This document shows, one piece after another, positions 47,299 through 56,414 of a stretch of 64,000 nt of DNA. This DNA comes from Phycisphaerae bacterium (GTDB taxonomy: Bacteria; Planctomycetota; Phycisphaerae; UBA1845), in assembly GCA_963666835.2 (NCBI GenBank), contig CAXXGO010000006.1, forward strand, positions 1,440,001-1,504,000, given 5' to 3'. Under the pieces are notes generated by a model. That model saw only the letters and a program-made list of their open reading frames with translations, was not told the origin of the DNA and ran no database searches. Every line of letters starts with the position of its first letter. Positions within the stretch are counted from its first letter, which is position 1. A program made the position numbers and the translations under genes.

Positions 47299-49200
47299 TC
47301 ACCGCGGCTTGATCGGGCGGCGCTGCTCGGGGATGGCGATCTCCTCTTCACCGCGAAGGTACTTTCCGGTGATCGAGTGTTTCGACGCTTTGATCTTGTC
47401 GATCGTGCCGTGGGCGACGACTTTCCCGCCGCGATACCCCGGCCCGGGTCCGAAGTCGACGATCTCGTCCGCGGCTTGCATGGTCTGCTCATCGTGTTCG
47501 ACGACAATTACCGTATTGCCCATGTCACGTAGGCGGCACAAAGAATCGAGCAGTCTGCTGTTGTCCCGGGCGTGCAGGCCGATACTGGGTTCGTCCAGAA
47601 TGTACAATACGCCGACCAACCCCGCGCCGATTTGGCTAGCCAAGCGAATCCGTTGCGATTCCCCGCCGGAGAGCGTCGGCGCCGTACGCGCCAGCGTGAG
47701 ATACTCCAAACCCACATCGCACAGAAACGCCAGACGGCCGCGAATCTCCTTGAGGACTTCTTCGGCAATAAACTGCTCGGTGGCTGTGAGTTTGAGGTCG
47801 GCGAAGAATTCAGCCACTTCCCGGATCGAGCCGGCGCACACCTCGTTGATGTTAAGCCCGCCGACGCGAACCGCCTGGGCCTGAGCGTTGAGCCGGCCGC
47901 CGCGGCAATCGGGGCACGAGGCCTTGCGCATGTACTTCTCATAGTAGGCCCGGACGAAGTTCGACTTGGCCTTGCGGTGCTTATCGCGGAGCTCGGAGAT
48001 GACGCCCGGGAACGTCCCGCCGTGCCGCCAGACTCCGCGAGACCACCGCCACTCGAAGGTGACGTGCGTATCACCCAAACCGTAAAGCAGCGCCCGCCGA
48101 GCTTTCTCCGGGAGCTTGCCCCACGGTGTTTTGAGATCGAATCCCACGTGCGCCGCTACACCGCGGTATAAGTGCCGCCGCCATTTGCCGATTCGCGTCC
48201 GCATCGGCTCGATGGCCAGATTGAGAAACGACTTGCGAGGGTCGGGTACCAGCAGGTCGGGGTCGAAGTCATAGGCGGTACCCATTCCATCGCAGGTCAG
48301 GCACATTCCGGTCGGCGAGTTGAAGCTAAAGAGCTGCGGCGACGGCGCTTCGAAACTGATCCCGCAATCCGGGCAGGCGTAGTGCGCCGACAGCAACAGA
48401 TCGTTCGACCGCTCGCTCCTCGGCTTGGCTCGGCGAACCCGTCCGGATCCCGGCGGGGACGGGTTCGACACGGCTCCGTCGGAGACCGTTTGGATGATAA
48501 CGGTCCCGTCACCTAACCGCAGGGCGTTCTCCACGGCCTCCGCCAGTCGGGGGCGGGCCGTTGGGGATACCGTTAGCCGATCGATGACGACTTCTATGTT
48601 GTGGCGGATCTGCCGAGCCAGGGCCGGGGCGTCGGCCAGCGTGACAATCTCGCCATCGACGCGGGCTCGGGCATAGCCCTGCTTAGCCATGTCTTCGAAG
48701 AGGTCCCGGTATTCACCTTTCTGACCGCGCACCACGGGGGCGAGGACGAGTACCCTCGTGTCCGTCGGCAGCTCGGAGATTCGCGCGATAATCTGCTCAC
48801 GGGTCTGGGCGCTGATGGGCTTGGCGCATTGTGGACAGTGCTGACGGCCGACCCGGGCGAACAGCACCCGCAGATAGTCTTGAATCTGTGTGATAGTGCC
48901 GACGGTACTGCGCGGGTTCCACCCGCTGGACTTCTGTTGAATCGAGATTGCCGGGCTCAGCCCGGTGATCTGGTCGACGTCGGGCTTGGCGAGTTGCCCG
49001 AGAAACTGGCGGGCGTACGAGCTTAGAGACTCGAGGTAGCGGCGTTGCCCTTCGGCGAAGAGAGTGTCGAAGGCGAAGCTGCTCTTTCCACTACCGGATA
49101 CGCCGGTGAAGCAGACCAGTTTTCCTCGCGGCAAGCGCAGCGATACATCGCAGAGGTTGTGCTCGCGAGCACCTTTAACTGTGATCGTTCGAGGTTCCAT
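47299..49200 (-). CDS. uvrA: Excinuclease ABC subunit A, N-terminal half only (633 aa)
   Basis: ITVKGAREHNL, GVSGSGKSS, zinc motifs, LSGGESQRIRLASQIG, ILDEPSIGLH, VVEHDE; stops at IPEQRRPIKPR where the second ATPase half would normally begin. Confidence 0.85.
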   Translation of the reverse strand: MEPRTITVKGAREHNLCDVSLRLPRGKLVCFTGVSGSGKSSFAFDTLFAEGQRRYLESLSSYARQFLGQLAKPDVDQITGLSPAISIQQKSSGWNPRSTVGTITQIQDYLRVLFARVGRQHCPQCAKPISAQTREQIIARISELPTDTRVLVLAPVVRGQKGEYRDLFEDMAKQGYARARVDGEIVTLADAPALARQIRHNIEVVIDRLTVSPTARPRLAEAVENALRLGDGTVIIQTVSDGAVSNPSPPGSGRVRRAKPRSERSNDLLLSAHYACPDCGISFEAPSPQLFSFNSPTGMCLTCDGMGTAYDFDPDLLVPDPRKSFLNLAIEPMRTRIGKWRRHLYRGVAAHVGFDLKTPWGKLPEKARRALLYGLGDTHVTFEWRWSRGVWRHGGTFPGVISELRDKHRKAKSNFVRAYYEKYMRKASCPDCRGGRLNAQAQAVRVGGLNINEVCAGSIREVAEFFADLKLTATEQFIAEEVLKEIRGRLAFLCDVGLEYLTLARTAPTLSGGESQRIRLASQIGAGLVGVLYILDEPSIGLHARDNSRLLDSLCRLRDMGNTVIVVEHDEQTMQAADEIVDFGPGPGYRGGKVVAHGTIDKIKASKHSITGKYLRGEEEIAIPEQRRPIKPR

Positions 49201-49282
49201 GGGCGGGTGACACCTGGCCGCCGTCACGCGCCGAGCCGCTTTGCCAAGCACTCGCGCGGTGCCGACCGTGGACGAAGAGCGC

Positions 49283-49921
49283 TCAGTTCGGTGCCGGTTG
49301 GCTTTCGCCGACGGGGCGTATTCCGAGGGTACGCCGGTCCGGAGTGAATCCGAGGTTCAGGACTCGCCAGCACCCGTCTTCTTGAGTCAATCGGATTACG
49401 AGGATGACTCCGGCGTTCGGATCTTCGTCAGGGGATTGCAGGGTCATAAACACCGCGCACTCTGTTGCGGTGTTGGAATCCCCACCCGGGCTTAGCGCCC
49501 GACGGACAAACCGGGCCGCGGCTTCCTCCCACTCCGTTTCAAAATCACCAGCATAGTGCGAGACTACCGGTGTCCAATGGTGAACCTGCCGGTAGACGGC
49601 CTCTCGTCGGTCGGCGTCGGTCTTCCCCGCCCCCGCGAGGCTTTCGGCAGCAGATACATCAAGCAACTTGTCGATAGCGGCATCGCGCGCCTGCTTGGTT
49701 TCGGCGAGAGCGTCGTCCCGAATAGCCCGCAGCAACACATACGCAACCTGTTCCGGCGAGGCGTTCTGGTCGAGAGTCACTCCGTAGTACTCGACCGTGC
49801 CGGTGTTGAGGTCTCGCATAGTGTGTCCGGCCAGGCGCACGTCGCGGTCGCACGCACCAAGCCCGCCAAAGGTCCCGAGCAGAGCGGCGGCTAAGAAAGA
49901 TCTTCGACTTCTGGTAGACAT
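49283..49921 (-). CDS. Putative Tat-exported lipoprotein
   Basis: SRRSFL twin-arginine motif and LGAC lipobox. Confidence 0.7.
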   Translation of the reverse strand: MSTRSRRSFLAAALLGTFGGLGACDRDVRLAGHTMRDLNTGTVEYYGVTLDQNASPEQVAYVLLRAIRDDALAETKQARDAAIDKLLDVSAAESLAGAGKTDADRREAVYRQVHHWTPVVSHYAGDFETEWEEAAARFVRRALSPGGDSNTATECAVFMTLQSPDEDPNAGVILVIRLTQEDGCWRVLNLGFTPDRRTLGIRPVGESQPAPN

Positions 49922-50028
49922 TATCGAGCGAGTTTACCCGCGGAGCCGGACTATGCCAATACTGCAGCTCTCTTGTTTCGACCCATCCCGATCGTTACAC
50001 TCTGGCTGATTGACAGGTAGGAGGGATC

Positions 50029-50541
50029 ATGGCCGAGCAAAGCAACAATCTCTGGGCTCCGTGGCGGATGGAGTACATCCGCTCGTTCAGTGATGAAGCC
50101 AAGGAGGAGGGCTGTTTCCTCTGCCGCTACTTCGAACAGACGGATCGGGATCGGGATAATCACGTGATCTGGCGCGGTCAGTCAGCCTTCGTAGTTATGA
50201 ACCGGTTCCCGTACACCAACGGTCATCTGCTGGTCGCGCTTGCGGATCACAAGGGTGACCTGACGGACTTGACTGATGACGAAATGATGGAGATGTCTCG
50301 TCTTACGCGCCACAGCGTGCGAGTGCTCCGAGAGCGCGTCAACCCGGATGGCTTCAATGTGGGATACAACATCGGGCGATGCGCCGGGGCAGGTTTGCCG
50401 GGCCACCTTCACCTGCACGTCGTTCCGCGCTGGTCCGGCGACACGAATTTTATGCCGGTCATCGGCGATGTTCGGGTTATGCCCGACGCGCTCGATACCC
50501 TCTATGCGGAACTCATGGCGGCGGGGCCGCCGCCCGAGTGA
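50029..50541 (+). CDS. HIT family hydrolase (Ap4A phosphorylase-like)
   Basis: LWAPWRMEYI, CFLC, NRFPYTNGHLLV, HLHLHVVPRW.GD.NFM; SD AGGAGG. Confidence 0.93.
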   Translation: MAEQSNNLWAPWRMEYIRSFSDEAKEEGCFLCRYFEQTDRDRDNHVIWRGQSAFVVMNRFPYTNGHLLVALADHKGDLTDLTDDEMMEMSRLTRHSVRVLRERVNPDGFNVGYNIGRCAGAGLPGHLHLHVVPRWSGDTNFMPVIGDVRVMPDALDTLYAELMAAGPPPE

Positions 50542-50582
50542 TTGCGCGCGTTTACTTACTTGAGCACCTCAACACGACGGCT

Positions 50583-51149
50583 TCAGGGAGCCGAGCCGGG
50601 CACGGTAATGCCGAGGCGTTCCGAGAGCTCGGCAAGGATCTGTCGCTCGGCGCGTTTGTCTCGACGGATAGTCTGCCAGACGGTGTTCTGCCGGCTGGTA
50701 GTGGCCGCCTCGCGTTCTATTGGCGTATCGTTGGGGGTGTCCCTTCCTACCCGATCTCCGGCTACCATGCGATGTGTGTGTGTAGTCTGCTCTTGAATGA
50801 GAACTCGACAATACACGGTGACCAAGCCGTCGGAGTCGTCTACGCGGAGCTCCGCGTAGCGCCGCGTGTGGCTGCGCGAGCTGATCCCCAGAGACCGACG
50901 GGAGGGCTCATCGCCCCGGACGTCCAGAATCGGCGCGGTCGTTAACACCCCGGCGTTGGCGTCGTAGTGGTCGATCTGCCATCCATTATCCTGCAAGACG
51001 ATTGCGCCGGCGGCGAAGGCGGATGGCCCTTCGATTTCCGGCAGCCGTTGTACGGCGAACCCGGCGTTGGGCTGCGGAGCAGCGCAGCCGCCAAGCAGGA
51101 GCAACCCAACACCGCACGCAGATAGGACTAATGATCGTTGTATAGGCAT
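50583..51149 (-). CDS. Hypothetical lipoprotein
   Basis: LLLLGGC lipobox; 188 aa. Confidence 0.7.
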   Translation of the reverse strand: MPIQRSLVLSACGVGLLLLGGCAAPQPNAGFAVQRLPEIEGPSAFAAGAIVLQDNGWQIDHYDANAGVLTTAPILDVRGDEPSRRSLGISSRSHTRRYAELRVDDSDGLVTVYCRVLIQEQTTHTHRMVAGDRVGRDTPNDTPIEREAATTSRQNTVWQTIRRDKRAERQILAELSERLGITVPGSAP

Positions 51150-51280
51150 GCGAGTATTATCGAACGACCTGCGCGAGCGTGCAAGAGGGCGGATCTTGGT
51201 TGTCCGGTCCGAGCCGGTTAGACTCCCGCACAGTTGTCCTGCGCAGGGAGCATCGACCAGCGCGCCAGGCGGATCGAGTT

Positions 51281-51826
51281 ATGGAACACAACACCACAGA
51301 ACGGCACTACCGCCGGTTGGTTCTGCTGGCAAACGTGATAGCGCCGGGGGCGGGTCTGGTCATACTACGCCGCGAGTGGCTCGGCGTGAGTCTTGCGATT
51401 CTCTGCACGCTCTTTCTTCAGGTGGCGTTGTGGGGCTTTTTCATACTGCCGGCCAGTATCCCCTGGGCGGTTTCCGTCCTAGCCGCAGTGGCGGGGGCCG
51501 GCACGTGGGCGGCGGCCCAGTGGCTGGGTTGGGTCCGAGCCTGCACCGTTCTGGGTGAGGAGGCCAGGCAAGGTCTGGCGCTGCTGCGAGACCGCGCGCT
51601 TCGCGCAATGGAGGATGGGCGTTTCTCGGAAGCGCGAGAGCTGCTCCAGATCGCTCTGGCGATGAACGATGAGGATCTTGAGGTGCATGTTCTGTGGGCT
51701 CGGCTGCTCACCCTGACTGGGAAGTTCGACGAGGCGCGGCCGGCTTGGGAGAGGGTAATCCGTCTTGATGAAGACGGCGTCTATCGGGTTGAGGCGGTTG
51801 AAGCGGTAGATCACTTTCCCGATTGA
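51281..51826 (+). CDS. Membrane protein with C-terminal TPR
   Basis: Three hydrophobic segments, then GRFSEARELL...LWARLLTLTGKFDEARPAWERV. Confidence 0.7.
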   Translation: MEHNTTERHYRRLVLLANVIAPGAGLVILRREWLGVSLAILCTLFLQVALWGFFILPASIPWAVSVLAAVAGAGTWAAAQWLGWVRACTVLGEEARQGLALLRDRALRAMEDGRFSEARELLQIALAMNDEDLEVHVLWARLLTLTGKFDEARPAWERVIRLDEDGVYRVEAVEAVDHFPD

Positions 51827-51864
51827 CGATCTTCGCGGCCGTGGAGAAAGGCCTGCGAGAGGAT

Positions 51865-52203
51865 CTATTGCTCGGAGATCTGGACGCCGGCCAAGCCGGT
51901 TGCGACGCTGTCTGAGAACTCGAATACCTTGTCGAGTCCCGTTACCAGAAACAGGCCCCAGACATTGTTGTTGATCTCGCAGAGCACCAGTTTGCGCCGA
52001 AGGTTGAGTAGCTTCTTACGCAGTTTGAGCAGCTTTGCAATGTTGGAGGAGTTCAGATACGTGACGCCGGAGAAGTCGAGGACGACGGAGAGGTCTTGCT
52101 CCTTGTCAAGCCGATCAAGCAGAGAGGACAGGTCGTCGGTGAACCCCGGGTCGTCTTGGAGCTCCACTTTGAGGATCTTGTCGGACCAATTCTCGATTGT
52201 CAC
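51865..52203 (-). CDS. STAS-domain anti-sigma factor antagonist
   Basis: VVLDFSGVTYLNSS...LVLCEI...LFLVTGLDKVF; SD GGAG. Confidence 0.92.
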   Translation of the reverse strand: MTIENWSDKILKVELQDDPGFTDDLSSLLDRLDKEQDLSVVLDFSGVTYLNSSNIAKLLKLRKKLLNLRRKLVLCEINNNVWGLFLVTGLDKVFEFSDSVATGLAGVQISEQ

Positions 52204-52301
52204 GGCCGGACTCCGGTTTTAGCACTTCATGGGGACCGTAGCGGGCAGGCAGGCGACTGTCAATCCGGTCGATGGAAAGACGAGCGCAACCGTGCCACGA
52301 A

Positions 52302-53276
52302 TCAACGATCACGGACCAACATGCCACGATCAATCGAGGCCTTTGCCAGGAGAGCCTCGACGTCGCCGAGCCAGCGCTGGGCATCGGTGTAGTATCCGGC
52401 CGTGGGATTCAACCCATCGAGTTGGTTCGACCAGTAGCTATTGAAGGCGTGCATGAACAGTTCGCGCAGGTACTTGCTGTATATGCTGGCGAGGGCTACC
52501 GGGAAGTGGCGCTCCTCTCCCTTGGTTGCGAACTCGATATCGCAGTGCCTCGCGGATTGCACGAGGTGGTATGCGCTACGCTGGTCGGATTCTTCTACGA
52601 TGTAAAGTGCGTGCCCGGGCATGAACGGCTGGAGCGCCTCGCGATAGTGTTGACGCCCGCCGAGGCGATCCACGCAAATACGAACTCGTTCGGTCGGGTC
52701 AAGACGTTGTATTCGATCCGCAATTCGCAGAGCCAGGCTGAGTAACACGGCGGCCTTGTTGCGCGTGTTCCTCACAAGTCTATTGAAGTGCCCTTCGGGC
52801 AGAGGTTCGCAAAGCACGCCGAGTAGCTCGACGTTGTTGGCGGCGCAATCTCGACGAACCGCGTTGGCTTGCGTGCCGATGGCATCGGCGTTTCCGGTGA
52901 CTGGCAATGGGAGATCCGCCGCGCGATACCAGGGGTACTCGCGCAGTTGGTCCAAGACGTGCGGGGCGACCACTTCCAGCAGTGCGCGCCATCCGGCCAC
53001 GCGATGCCCACCGACCACCAGCATCGTAAGGGCGGTCCTCTCCAGCGGGGCTATCCCGGTTGATGACCGGTGGAGTTTCTTGCTATCCGCAACGGGCAGC
53101 CGGCGCTCGGACCGCCCGGTCTTCATTGTTGTGGTGGCGCGCAGCACCTCCCACAGAGAAGCGTTGAGTTGTTCGTCCGGCACGCGGAACGCAACCCCCG
53201 ATACCACGAGCGGACCCAGGATCGGGCCATACCCGGCCTCGTCTATTCCTGCCAGAATCGCCACACCATAACTCAC
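52302..53276 (-). CDS. Ribonuclease HII-like protein
   Basis: GIDEAGYGPILGPLVV, DSKKL, VALASIYSKYLRE, AGY motifs. Confidence 0.8.
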   Translation of the reverse strand: MSYGVAILAGIDEAGYGPILGPLVVSGVAFRVPDEQLNASLWEVLRATTTMKTGRSERRLPVADSKKLHRSSTGIAPLERTALTMLVVGGHRVAGWRALLEVVAPHVLDQLREYPWYRAADLPLPVTGNADAIGTQANAVRRDCAANNVELLGVLCEPLPEGHFNRLVRNTRNKAAVLLSLALRIADRIQRLDPTERVRICVDRLGGRQHYREALQPFMPGHALYIVEESDQRSAYHLVQSARHCDIEFATKGEERHFPVALASIYSKYLRELFMHAFNSYWSNQLDGLNPTAGYYTDAQRWLGDVEALLAKASIDRGMLVRDR

Positions 53277-53373
53277 TCGAAGCCGTTCGAAGACGGCACC
53301 TTTGAGCTAATGTAGAACGGTCGCCGCCGGGCGGCAACATGGCTCGGGATCCGGGCTTGGTCTGCAGCCGAGC

Positions 53374-55269
53374 CTAATCGTCCACTGCGTGATGGAATTC
53401 GAAGTCGGGATAGTATTCGCGCAACGCCGTCTGTCGAGCGGCGCGATAGTAGCGGGCCATATTGCTCCAATCGAAGTACTCTGCATGGCTCTCGGCGCGG
53501 TTGCGGAGCCGGATCCGCTCTCGTAGCGACATTGTGGTGAGGGCGTGGATCCAGCCGGTGACCTGATAGACGATGTTCTGGAAACTGGTGCGGTGACGGC
53601 GGGCCACGTACAGACCGTTAGTATCGTGCTCGGGGAAGTTGTCCATCAGGTAGGCGCCGAAACCGCTGAGGTCGCTGGTGATCGCGGGTATTCCGCGAAT
53701 GATGCACTCCATGGGCGTGTAGCCCCACGGCTCATAATAGGACGGGAATACCCCCAGATTGCACCCGCGGACGAATTGCCCGTAGTCCATGCCCAGTACC
53801 GGGCTGGTCGAACTCAAAAAGTCGGGGTGGAACACGACTTTCACGGGGTCGTCCGGGGCGTTGAGCAGGTTGCGCTGGCAGAGGTGTTTCAGCACGGGGT
53901 CGTGTGCATCGTTCTCGAGGTCGTGCGTTACTATCGTCGGCTGACGACCCTGTCGCCACGCATGCATCATTCGAAGCAGGCGAACTCGGGTGTCCTCATC
54001 GACCAAGTCGTCGATATCGGGCAGGCGGCCTACCGCAACCGTGCGGAAGAGCTGGCGTCCCATTGCCTCCTTGATCGACTGACAGGTGTCGTGCAGCTCG
54101 TGGAACATCGCCTGCCGGTTGAGCGTCTCGACGTTCAAGCCGCGGTACGGTGCCCGAGCGATGATGAAGGCGATTACGGTCACGCCTCGCGGACCCTCTG
54201 CCTTCAGGCGGCGGTTGAGCTCATAGAGGGCTTCAATGAAGACGTCGATGCCCTTGTTCCTATACTCGTATCGCCCGGCCGTAAAGACGTATAACGTCCG
54301 CTCCAATTCGAAAGTATAGCTCGGGAAGAAATGCCCCATAACGAATTCGTGAATCTGCTCCTTGCACTGTTGGTGGAGGTTCTGGAACTCGTGCGGGGCG
54401 GCCGAACGCTCCACATGGAGCCCGTTGGGCAGCAGGAAGTCCGGGCGGCGGCCGAGAAAGTGCTCGGACTCCTGGGCAGTGATATCTGATACGGTTGTGA
54501 ACACGTTGGCGTCCTGGGCGGCCGCCCGCTCTATCTGGAAGCGATGCCCGCAACCGTGCTCAAATGCCACCGCCTCGGCCTGCACCGCAGCCAGATTGTC
54601 GTATATGTCTTGATTGGCAGCGCTCAGACTCCTTCCGACTTGGGTAGCGTGGGTGGTGAAGACCGTAGGAACCGGCACGTTACGATGCTTGAGGAGCGGG
54701 ATCGCGACAGCGCCCTGCCACTCGTGGAATTGGGCGAGCATGACCCGTTCGCCAAGGCGGTTATGAATGGCCGCCAGAAGATCGGCGACGACATGGCCGA
54801 AGGCGATGATTTCGTCGGTTTCCGGGTCGTTGTCCGGGGTGCCTATTCCGAAGTCTTGCCAGAGGAAGTACTTCATCTGGTTGATGTGCTGAGCGACCGT
54901 AGGTACTTCCACCAATATGACCCGGGGCCGTCCGGCAACCAGCCAGTGCCCACTGTGCAAACCTACTCCGGTGGCCCGCATTTCGTTGATGGCGTCCGCC
55001 ACGATACCGTCGTGGGGGGCGGGTTCGAATTCGATCTTGGCCGCGGCCGGGCGATAAGGACCGATCAGGTAGTAGTCTCCGCTACAGTCCTCTACCGCGG
55101 CGGAACATTTGCTTCGCAGGACGGTGTAGATTCCCCCAGTCTGCGAACAGGCCTCCCACGAGACTTCGAAAACGAACGGGGTGCTCGTCTGCTTCTCAAT
55201 CAATACGGCGTGTTCCCTGGTTGGCATTCGGCGGTCCATTATGGATGCGCCGAGCAGATCGTCCTTCAT
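53374..55269 (-). CDS. Glycogen synthase, GT3 (eukaryote-type) family
   Basis: FEVSWE...GGIYTVLRSK, FHEWQ, FTTHAT, GRYEYRNKG, GVFPSYYEPWGYTPMEC. Start may be 55269 or 55371. Confidence 0.92.
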   Translation of the reverse strand: MKDDLLGASIMDRRMPTREHAVLIEKQTSTPFVFEVSWEACSQTGGIYTVLRSKCSAAVEDCSGDYYLIGPYRPAAAKIEFEPAPHDGIVADAINEMRATGVGLHSGHWLVAGRPRVILVEVPTVAQHINQMKYFLWQDFGIGTPDNDPETDEIIAFGHVVADLLAAIHNRLGERVMLAQFHEWQGAVAIPLLKHRNVPVPTVFTTHATQVGRSLSAANQDIYDNLAAVQAEAVAFEHGCGHRFQIERAAAQDANVFTTVSDITAQESEHFLGRRPDFLLPNGLHVERSAAPHEFQNLHQQCKEQIHEFVMGHFFPSYTFELERTLYVFTAGRYEYRNKGIDVFIEALYELNRRLKAEGPRGVTVIAFIIARAPYRGLNVETLNRQAMFHELHDTCQSIKEAMGRQLFRTVAVGRLPDIDDLVDEDTRVRLLRMMHAWRQGRQPTIVTHDLENDAHDPVLKHLCQRNLLNAPDDPVKVVFHPDFLSSTSPVLGMDYGQFVRGCNLGVFPSYYEPWGYTPMECIIRGIPAITSDLSGFGAYLMDNFPEHDTNGLYVARRHRTSFQNIVYQVTGWIHALTTMSLRERIRLRNRAESHAEYFDWSNMARYYRAARQTALREYYPDFEFHHAVDD

Positions 55270-56414
55270 CCCATCGCTCCGACCGCCTTTGCCTGAGTGA
55301 GGCCTCCCCTTCTGGGATAATACCGTGTTCGGGAGCGCACCGGAAGCCCGATCACCTTCTGATTTTGCCATGGAAGCGTCGCGTTCCACACGGTGCTTCG
55401 CGCACGACTTGGCCCGACGGGCTCTCGCTCGCGAGGTGCCGCTGAGCGATTAGCCTGTCTAGCCTACATGTCACAAGTGGAGGTGCCGGGCACTGTGTTC
55501 CGTCGCGTTAACCTGGGCAAGGACTCGATGGGTGGACTACGACGGCACCTTAGTTTTGCCGATAGGGTTCAACGGAACAGGTACCGTTTTGGCATTGCGC
55601 GAGCTCGTGGAGAAGGCTATCGGTAGGTACGCACGTCTTGGGGAACGCGCGACCCTCGTCCGAGACTATAGCCGTGTTCCACGGGGCAGGCCCGGTGTAG
55701 AGGACCGCTGTCCTATCGCGTATTGTCGTACCCGGCTGATCGGATCGATGGGCGATGCTGTCGCAGTTTGCCTTGTTTCATGTTGCTCCGTGAATCTGGG
55801 GGTTTGGTGGCGAGGCCGGAGCATTGGGCGGCCGCAGTCCGGTAGGCGGTTAGCGTCGTTAGGGCGACACCGGCCGGCGTGTTACGGTCGTGCTCCGGAT
55901 CGTTCGCGTCGGCATCCGGAAGTCACCGGGTTGAGCGAAGTGCCTGAGTTGCGCGTGTTAAGCGTAATAGTGGCAACACTAGCGCGGAAGACCCGGCACG
56001 GATTAGTGACGCAAAGTGGCGTTGTGGCGGCTGACGTGTTACAGTAAGCGGCTCACGTTGCGAGCAACCGTCGTGAGGTTCGTATCGATGAGGCGTGCCG
56101 CTCCGTAAAAAACGGCGGGTCTTGGGCGCGGGGGAGGAACGGGGATGCGATTGCCGTATTGGGCATTCGCGGGTGCGGTCAGCTCCTTAGAAGTCCCCGA
56201 GATGTGAACCGGCCGCGCACGTGTGAAGACTGTGTTGCGAGGCGTGAGTTTGGCGTGACCCCGGTGCCTTGGTAGTGTCATTTGTTTACCGGGGACGGCT
56301 CGTTGATGGCGCGGCGTACCGTTCGGTGTTTGCCCGAAGTTGGGTTCGACCGGCATTGTTATGTGTGCCGGAGTCGGCGGGAGACTGCCGGCTGATTACT
56401 TCCGTGAGGAACCG

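Noticed and set aside
55972..56070. c-di-GMP-I riboswitch (GGCAACACTA...TAGTGACGCAAAG)
   Set aside because: The flanking words match, but the GNRA tetraloop stem and the receptor-bearing P3 are not evident; an Infernal scan would be needed to revive it.
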